Of a DNA stretch of 64,000 bases, positions 57,645 to 64,000 are shown piece after piece. The notes beneath the pieces were generated by a model that saw only the letters and a list, made by a program, of their open reading frames with translations, did no database searches and had not been told where the DNA came from. The stretch covers positions 21,485-85,484 of the forward strand of contig JAQTXJ010000002.1 in assembly GCA_028688815.1 (NCBI GenBank), in the 5' to 3' direction. Made by a program: the position numbers and the translations under genes. The DNA comes from a bacterium. GTDB taxonomy: Bacteria; Hydrothermota; UBA3073; JACQXS01; JAQTXJ01. The first letter of the stretch is position 1. The number at the start of each line of letters is the position of its first letter.

Positions 57645-59421
57645 TTTTTAATCTTGAGATTGCTTTTTTAGCGGATTCAATATATTTAGGAGAATATTTA
57701 TTATTTTTAAGATTTTTTTCTACTTTTTCATAAGCGGAGATTGCTTTAGTTGTATCTTTCTTTTCGCTTTCCAATACCCAGCCTATGGAGTAAGCGGCTT
57801 TAGGCGCGTATTCACTTTCCGGGTAATCAGTAATTACTTTTTCGTATTCCTTAAGGGCATCATCTATTTTTTTAAATTCCAACAAGAATAGTTCTGCGAG
57901 TAGAAATTGTGCTTTCCCTAAATCTTCAGGTTTAGTAGTGTCTTGAGAACTATCCGGAATGGTTTTAGTTAATAAAGTATCTTCTGCTGTTTCCCTTTTT
58001 CTGATACCAGCGTCTAGACTATCTTCCATCCCTGGAATGCCTATGTTTGGCCTGGATAAACTGTCTTTTGGAAAAGACATGTGCCCACCAAAAAGTCCAT
58101 CCCTGTCTCTCATTGTCCTTCTGAGATCAGGCATATCTTTTTGTAAACTGTCCCCCGGTATTGTTTTGTCAGGAAGTTTAACACTGTCTTTCACTGCTTT
58201 TGATATGTCCGAATTTTGTTTAGATACGCTGTCTTTTGATGTTGCTGTTTTCAAAGTGTCCGTACCCTGTTTAGACAAACTATCCCTAAGCGTTTTTAAA
58301 CTGTCTATGATATGCAGGCTGTCTTTCGCTGGTATTGTTTTCACGCCGTTTATGCCTTGGAGAAGCAAACTATCTGCAATCGTTTCTTTTTTCAGTGTAT
58401 CCAGGGATTGTTTAGAAAGACTGTCTGCTTTAGCAGAGTTTTTGGCAATAAGTTTTTGGTATTCTAATAGTTTATCTATCCTGCCTGCTCTAACGAGTGC
58501 GTCATTGGAGATTTCGCTGGTTCCGGAATTTCTTGTTTGTTCGTAATATTCTTTTGCTTTCTCGAGATTCTTGATGTCTTCCTCATATATGACTCCCATA
58601 TCGTAGGTTGCCTGTGGAACTGTTTTTATTTTATCAAGCGTTTCAATTGCTTTAGTAAAGTCTTTTTTAGCTCGATAACTTTTAGCTATCATAAGATTTA
58701 GCGTATCTTGTTCGGCTGCCGTCATCACTTCACTGTAATGCGCAAGTTTATCCAGTGCCTGTTCCGGATTGTTTAATTTGAGTGATGCATTAGCTATGGC
58801 AATGACAGTGGGCAAATTTTTTGGCTCCAACTTAAGAGCTTTATCATAATATTTTATGGCGGATTTGTATTTTTCGAGAGAATCGTAAGAATTTGCTATT
58901 AGCGTATAAGCTTTAGCCTTTAATGTTGAGTTACGAATGATAGGCAAAATTGACTTTGCTACCTTTATAGTAGTATCATACGCTTGAGCCATAAAATAAG
59001 TTTCTATTACCAGAATATTTATTTCTTCCATTCTTTCTTTCTTTACTTTTTTAATTACGTTTTTTGCCTCAATATAATCGCCTTTTTTAAGGTAAGCGCG
59101 AGCTAATTCAATTCGTCCATCATCTACTAAGATGTTTTTGGGGTAATATTCTATCAGCTCTTTGAATTTTCGGATAGCCGGATCGTAATCTCCTTTTTCC
59201 ATAAAACATTTCCCAATAAGTAATAATGCTTCGGGAACCCATTTGGAATGCGGATAAGAAGAAATCAGTTTTTCAGATTTTTGAATTGACTTCTCAAGCA
59301 ATCCTTGATTGGGAGGGGTGGAAACCATTGCCTGCTTGTAGCAATCTTTTGCGTTATAAAAAGTATTATAGTATGCGCAACCACACAGAAATGCCAAGCA
59401 GAACAAAACCCTAAATTTCAT
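57625..59421 (-). CDS. TPR-repeat lipoprotein with low-complexity DSL(K/S)(T/K) linker
   Basis: Lipoprotein signal (LAFLCGCAYY), several TPR units and a central DSLSKQ…DSLKTLRDSLSKQ… repeat region. Confidence 0.55.
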   Translation of the reverse strand: MKFRVLFCLAFLCGCAYYNTFYNAKDCYKQAMVSTPPNQGLLEKSIQKSEKLISSYPHSKWVPEALLLIGKCFMEKGDYDPAIRKFKELIEYYPKNILVDDGRIELARAYLKKGDYIEAKNVIKKVKKERMEEINILVIETYFMAQAYDTTIKVAKSILPIIRNSTLKAKAYTLIANSYDSLEKYKSAIKYYDKALKLEPKNLPTVIAIANASLKLNNPEQALDKLAHYSEVMTAAEQDTLNLMIAKSYRAKKDFTKAIETLDKIKTVPQATYDMGVIYEEDIKNLEKAKEYYEQTRNSGTSEISNDALVRAGRIDKLLEYQKLIAKNSAKADSLSKQSLDTLKKETIADSLLLQGINGVKTIPAKDSLHIIDSLKTLRDSLSKQGTDTLKTATSKDSVSKQNSDISKAVKDSVKLPDKTIPGDSLQKDMPDLRRTMRDRDGLFGGHMSFPKDSLSRPNIGIPGMEDSLDAGIRKRETAEDTLLTKTIPDSSQDTTKPEDLGKAQFLLAELFLLEFKKIDDALKEYEKVITDYPESEYAPKAAYSIGWVLESEKKDTTKAISAYEKVEKNLKNNKYSPKYIESAKKAISRLKNENSKE

Positions 59422-59484
59422 TACTTAATCTTTACAATAATATATGACAGGTGTCAACAATTTTGTAAATAATACCAACTTATT

Positions 59485-59600
59485 CGGTTTTCTGTTTTTT
59501 TCTCTGTGTTCTCTTTTATCTCTGTGGTCTCAATATGTATTCTATTGTTTTGTTACTCTTCGACTATCTTTTCGCTGTGCCCTCTGTGGTTGAGCCTTCT
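59485..59600. repeat. Pyrimidine-rich CTCTGTG repeat tract (family C, reverse orientation of 7585-7740)
   Basis: ttctctgtgttctcttttatctctgtggtctc…ctgtgccctctgtggttgag. The reverse complement shares agagaacacagag with 7690-7705. Confidence 0.5.
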
Positions 59601-59609
59601 GTTGTCTTT

Positions 59610-62600
59610 TCAGTTAGAAGAAAGCAACGTTATCAACTGTTGCAAATCTCTTACCCCGGCAAGCAAAACCTCCATAGAATTGTCTATGGATTTAACTTCC
59701 TTGACATAAGAATTGGATAGAAATTTTTGGGACGGCGAAGTCAAAAATCTTAGTGTTATTTCTCTTTTGCCTACGTGTTGGGTAGATTTTTTGCTTGTAA
59801 TATTTGAAATTCCCTTTTCTATGGCAAGGAGTTTTATGTGGGTACATTCCAATAAATTCTTTACTTCAGACGGGATAGGTCCGAACCTGTCAGCCAGTTC
59901 GTTTTCAAAAGCGGTTATTTCTTTAAACGAAGTTATATTTGCGATTTTCTTATATAGCAAAAACTTCTGGTTATACGGCGCATAATCCTCGGGTATGAAA
60001 CAGTTCACGTTCATACGGATTTCCGGCTCCAGTTTCTTTAAAGGCATTGCTTTATCGGGTTGAGTTTTGGAATAAATGTTATTTATTTCTTCTTCCAGCA
60101 ATTTTTCATATAGTTTATATCCGATAGAATAAATATGTCCGTGTTGTTCTCCACCGAGTAAGTTCCCGGCTCCTCTGAATTCAAGGTCTTGCAAAGCAAG
60201 TTTAAATCCTGCCCCAAGTTCCGAGTAAGTAGAAATCGCTTGCAGTCTTCTTTTTGCATCGGGAGTTATATTTTCGGGAACGAGTAACCAGCAACATGCA
60301 TGTTCCTGTGAGCGTCCAACCCTGCCTCTCAGCTGGTGCAAATCTGCCAGACCGAACCTGTCTGCCCTGTTTATTATTATGGTATTTGTGGAGGGGATAT
60401 CAATCCCGGAACCAATTATTGCAGTAGATACAAGCACGTTAATGTCTTTTTCAAAGAATCTCAACATAATAAGTTCCAGTTCTTTTGATGGTATTTCGGA
60501 GTGAGCGATACCGATTTTGAAATCGGGAGACAATTTTTGTATAAAATTGGCAATGCTGTATATGGAACTTATACGGTTATGCACAAAATAAACCTGCCCA
60601 CCGCGTGAGATTTCGGATTCTATGGCGTTTTTTATGAGCGCTCTGTCAAACGAAGCAACCCTTGTTATAATGGGTTGTCTTCCGGCAGGAGCGGTTTCAA
60701 GGCGGGATAAGTTTTTTATATTTGTAAGAGCCATATAAAGAGTGCGGGGGATAGGCGTAGCGGTCAAAGAAAGAATATCAACGTTCTTTTTTAGTTTTTT
60801 TAATTTCTCTTTTTGTGAAACGCCGAACCTGTGTTCCTCGTCTATGATTAACAATCCTAAATCCTTAAACTGTATAGTTTCCCCGAGCAACTTATGTGTT
60901 CCTATGAGAATGTCAACATTACCCGAATGTATGTCTGCAATAGCTTTTTCTTGTTGCTTCGTAGTTTGGAAACGGGAAATCTGGGCAATATTTACTGGAA
61001 ACGGGGACATTCTTGTTTTGAATGTTCGATAGTGTTGTTCTACAAGTATGGTTGTCGGGCAAAGTATTGCTACCTGCTTGTTATCCATAACTGCTTTGAA
61101 TGCAGCGCGAAGCGCAAGTTCTGTTTTGCCGTAACCAACTTCTCCGCATACAAGCCTATCCATTGTTAAATCGGACTCCATATCCTGTTTGATTGATACG
61201 ATTGCTTTCAACTGGTCAAGTGTTTCTTCGTAAGGGAAGCCTGATTCGAGTTCGCTCTGCCAGAGATTATCAGGAGCGAATTTATGTCCTTTTGAAATTT
61301 TTCTTTCCGCGTATAACGCGATGAGTTCGGTTGTCAATTCGTGAATTGCCTTTTTTGCGCGGTTTTTGCGTTGCTCCCAACTCTTTGAACCTAAATCGGT
61401 AAGTTCGGGAGAAACGGCAGTATCGCCTACCCAGCGTTCAATGCAGTTAAATTTGTCTATGGGAACGTACAGGTCGCCGTTTTTATAAGTTATAAAGAGG
61501 CAGTCGGTTTCTATCGTATCGAACTTCAGTTTTGTAATCCCCTGGTATATACCGATTCCGTAGTCTATGTGGACGATAAAATCTCCCTTCTGCAGGGACT
61601 CCAAATCCTGTATTGCAACGCCTTTATCTTTGAAAGGATGGTATTCCCGTTTTTTTCTTTTCCTGCCGAAAATATCCATATAAGTGAATACCGCAAGTTT
61701 TGCATCCGGGAGAATAAAGCCGTTGGGAAGGTTTGAAATTCTGACTTCAAGTTCGGGGAAAAGCGAAGCTATGTGTTTGGTTTCGGATTCGGTTTCACAC
61801 AGGACAAATTTGGTGTAACTTTTCAGGGATTCAAGAGTATCCTTAAATATGTCAAAGTTGCCGTTATAAGTTGACTGGCTTCCGACAGAAAATCCGTCTC
61901 CTATATATACGGTTTTATTTGGGACAGATTCTTTATTGCCGGAAATCCCGTCAAAAACAATAATAACATCGGGACTTTTGAAATACTGCATAATATTCAC
62001 GGAAGATGTTTTTGTTTTGTCTTCTCGTATTGCGACCCGTTCCTTTTCGTTTTGTAGGGGCGGTCGTCCGCCTGTGTTTGAGTAGGTCGGGACTTTAATG
62101 CCCCGATTAAAGGGAATAATTTGTTTTGTAGGGGCAGACCTAAGTGTCTGCCCATCTGTTTGCGAATGTTCATTATTCTCGCCTGAAATATTTAATGGCG
62201 ATATGATAAGTTTTTGCAATTTGGATATGGAAACCTGTCTTAGCGGGTCAAATTCTCGGATGCTTGTTACGGCGTCACCCGTAAACTCAAGTCTTACGGG
62301 ATAGATTGTCCCGCCGGGCCAGAGGTCAATAATTCCGCCTCTTTTAACGAATTCTGTGGGATTGTTTACGGTATCCACAAAAGTAAACCCGAATTCCGCT
62401 AACTTATTTGAGAACTCCATCATACTGAGAGATTTTCCGTTGATATCCGGGAATTTATCAAGATTGCAGTTTATGAGGGATTGCCTGAGAGTATCCGGTG
62501 ACGGCAAGTCTTTGCGTGGCGCAGTAACAAAGATAGACATTGGAGGAGTGTTAAGCAGGGCAGGGATGGCTGATTGCAAAGCGAACTCGTCCGAGAGGTT

Positions 62601-62846
62601 ATATATTTTCAGGGCATTAAATTTCGGATTGTTTTTGCACCAGCATAAGATATCTTCGGTCAGTTCATCGGGGGAGTGGGTAATAACGGCGATAGCGTGG
62701 TTTCGGGATGCCAGGTAAGAGATAAATAGAGACTTTAGTCCCTCCTGTAAACCGGAAACGGCGGGCTGGGTGGAGGCGTGTACGAATGCAGGTGATCTTA
62801 GGACTATATTGGTAATATCGGTAAGAGCAGACATAGTGAAAAGCAA
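59610..62846 (-). CDS. mfd: Transcription-repair coupling factor
   Basis: 1078 aa. Walker A GEVGYGKTELALRAAF, DEEHRFG, LSLTATPIPRTL and a C-terminal TRCF domain. Confidence 0.9.
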   Translation of the reverse strand: MLFTMSALTDITNIVLRSPAFVHASTQPAVSGLQEGLKSLFISYLASRNHAIAVITHSPDELTEDILCWCKNNPKFNALKIYNLSDEFALQSAIPALLNTPPMSIFVTAPRKDLPSPDTLRQSLINCNLDKFPDINGKSLSMMEFSNKLAEFGFTFVDTVNNPTEFVKRGGIIDLWPGGTIYPVRLEFTGDAVTSIREFDPLRQVSISKLQKLIISPLNISGENNEHSQTDGQTLRSAPTKQIIPFNRGIKVPTYSNTGGRPPLQNEKERVAIREDKTKTSSVNIMQYFKSPDVIIVFDGISGNKESVPNKTVYIGDGFSVGSQSTYNGNFDIFKDTLESLKSYTKFVLCETESETKHIASLFPELEVRISNLPNGFILPDAKLAVFTYMDIFGRKRKKREYHPFKDKGVAIQDLESLQKGDFIVHIDYGIGIYQGITKLKFDTIETDCLFITYKNGDLYVPIDKFNCIERWVGDTAVSPELTDLGSKSWEQRKNRAKKAIHELTTELIALYAERKISKGHKFAPDNLWQSELESGFPYEETLDQLKAIVSIKQDMESDLTMDRLVCGEVGYGKTELALRAAFKAVMDNKQVAILCPTTILVEQHYRTFKTRMSPFPVNIAQISRFQTTKQQEKAIADIHSGNVDILIGTHKLLGETIQFKDLGLLIIDEEHRFGVSQKEKLKKLKKNVDILSLTATPIPRTLYMALTNIKNLSRLETAPAGRQPIITRVASFDRALIKNAIESEISRGGQVYFVHNRISSIYSIANFIQKLSPDFKIGIAHSEIPSKELELIMLRFFEKDINVLVSTAIIGSGIDIPSTNTIIINRADRFGLADLHQLRGRVGRSQEHACCWLLVPENITPDAKRRLQAISTYSELGAGFKLALQDLEFRGAGNLLGGEQHGHIYSIGYKLYEKLLEEEINNIYSKTQPDKAMPLKKLEPEIRMNVNCFIPEDYAPYNQKFLLYKKIANITSFKEITAFENELADRFGPIPSEVKNLLECTHIKLLAIEKGISNITSKKSTQHVGKREITLRFLTSPSQKFLSNSYVKEVKSIDNSMEVLLAGVRDLQQLITLLSSN

Positions 62847-62909
62847 CTTACACGAAACAGTTTACAGATAATATAAATTTGATATTAAGAAAATGTATTA
62901 TCACAATCG

Positions 62910-63143
62910 TTATGGGTTAAGATGTACTCCTGTATTAAGCAGGTAAGCGAAGGCTACAATTGCAACAAGTCCGCCGGCTTGTCCGCCAATCTTTTGGGTG
63001 GAAGACGAGTTTTCTTTATGCTTTTGTTTCTTTGTGATTAGTGTGTTTGTTGCACCATGGGCAGAATTTCTTGAACAGAACTTTATCCGGGTGTTTCTGC
63101 TTGTTTTTCGTGGTGGTGTAATTTCTTCTTTTACACTCTTCAC
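62910..63143 (-). CDS. Hypothetical small protein (basic N-terminus, hydrophobic C-terminus)
   Basis: ORF only; no motif recognised. May be non-coding. Confidence 0.2.
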   Translation of the reverse strand: MKSVKEEITPPRKTSRNTRIKFCSRNSAHGATNTLITKKQKHKENSSSTQKIGGQAGGLVAIVAFAYLLNTGVHLNP

Positions 63144-63164
63144 ATTCCAGAGATAAGAGTATTC

Positions 63165-64000
63165 TCATATTTCGTATATCCTATTGTTTCTTTTACGCAG
63201 TCTTATAAAACCTATAATTATCAAAACTAAAGAAGGCAATAATGTATCTATCCATTTAATCGCCATTTTAGTAGCTTTGCCGGTATCTTTTAGTGGTCGT
63301 TCTGCTATTCCTTTTGACCTTATAGCGATAAGTTCTTCATCAGCTACAAGCCAGTCAATCGTATTTAACAGAAATGCTACATTTGCGGCGCTCAAATAAT
63401 TAGCTTCTGCAAACTTTGAAGACCCTGTCACTATAAATCTTGGTTTCTCATTTGTTACAGCAAGGTTGAATGGACCTTTTTCTTCAGCAGGTGTCGGAAT
63501 TTGTTGTTCCATAGGGTTGACTGTTTTTACATCCTGTTTTAGCCAGCTTTTCGGGGAAGATTTGATTAACGGAGTGCCACCGGTTATTGCTCCTACAAAA
63601 GGCAAGACAACCGCTTCAAGCTCTCTCACGATTGGATTGGATTTATTAAGGTCTGTAGCTTTCGGGAAGAATGGGTAAGGAACGAGGTTTTGCATTCTGA
63701 AGTTGCCTCTTTGCGATGTAATTCCAATTATCTGGTTTTGATAATCAAGTACGAGCCCGCTTTTCAAGGTAATATTATAAATTGGTAAAAGCTTTTCAAA
63801 TCCTGTTTTCGTTGGGAAAGCAAAGAAATACTCAGTATTTACATTCATCATATCAAGGAAGAATCCGCAAGATTTGCCGGCACCAAGGAAATTCTTTACT
63901 CTCTGGAGCGCCGTATCGTTGTATTCTCCTTTTGGTCCGAGGACGATAAGCGTCGATAAATTTGAAGACACATCGTTTGAATCTATGTTGACATCGCTAA
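63165..64000 (-). CDS. GldG-like gliding-motility-associated ABC-transporter auxiliary protein, C-terminal part (gene runs off window end)
   Basis: The frame is open to position 64000. The listed start at 63971 is a GTG read as Met. C-terminal single TM followed by a basic tail ([16 protein letters not shown]) is typical of GldG-family proteins. Confidence 0.4.
   Translation of the reverse strand, partial: SDVNIDSNDVSSNLSTLIVLGPKGEYNDTALQRVKNFLGAGKSCGFFLDMMNVNTEYFFAFPTKTGFEKLLPIYNITLKSGLVLDYQNQIIGITSQRGNFRMQNLVPYPFFPKATDLNKSNPIVRELEAVVLPFVGAITGGTPLIKSSPKSWLKQDVKTVNPMEQQIPTPAEEKGPFNLAVTNEKPRFIVTGSSKFAEANYLSAANVAFLLNTIDWLVADEELIAIRSKGIAERPLKDTGKATKMAIKWIDTLLPSLVLIIIGFIRLRKRNNRIYEI

Noticed and set aside
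57959-58546. 195-aa plus-strand ORF
   Set aside because: It is antisense to the TPR lipoprotein gene within its low-complexity DSLSKQ region, with Ser/Leu-rich nonsense composition.
1-64000. tRNA, rRNA, transposase, integrase or phage genes
   Set aside because: Intergenic regions scanned by eye show no cloverleaf-compatible GTTCGAATC-type T-arms outside coding DNA and no IS or integrase-like ORFs. An Infernal/tRNAscan run would be needed to be certain.

Overview
AT-rich (about 35-40% GC by eye) chromosomal fragment, mostly minus-strand genes, from what looks like an uncultivated bacterium of the FCB-type lineage. The evidence for that placement is eight proteins ending in a type-IX-secretion (T9SS) type-A C-terminal sorting domain, a GldG-like gene at the window edge and SBBP and DUF11 repeat proteins; unlike Bacteroidota, strong GGAGG Shine-Dalgarno sites sit before most starts. 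Housekeeping genes are interleaved with large secreted and surface proteins. The housekeeping set is mfd, pyrK-pyrD, archaeal-type leuCD, ptsI-ptsH, yajC, rph, rluD, recX, lemA, an N-acetylmuramoyl-L-alanine amidase, PGI/PMI plus a sugar nucleotidyltransferase, and a flippase plus a PHP phosphoesterase. The secreted and surface set comprises a 2304-aa DUF11/BNR giant protein, SBBP β-propeller, TolB-like, transglutaminase-like, β-helix/FN3 and serpin proteins, a FadL/PorQ-like barrel fused to OmpA, a TonB-dependent receptor and an O-antigen-ligase-TPR fusion. No rRNA, tRNA, CRISPR, transposase or phage genes were recognised. The most unusual things visible in the sequence are: (i) at least three families of short hairpin-bearing intergenic repeats, one nested inside another and one apparently extending the rluD reading frame; (ii) two heptanucleotide tandem-repeat tracts inside a T9SS cargo gene directly before its sorting domain, a candidate phase-variation switch; (iii) a class-III nucleotidyl cyclase/STAND-NTPase gene split from its TPR sensor half by a frame change with a 2-nt gap; and (iv) a locus of T9SS cargo genes that includes a CTD-only mini-ORF. 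All functional calls rest on motif recognition by eye and should be confirmed by HMM or structure searches.
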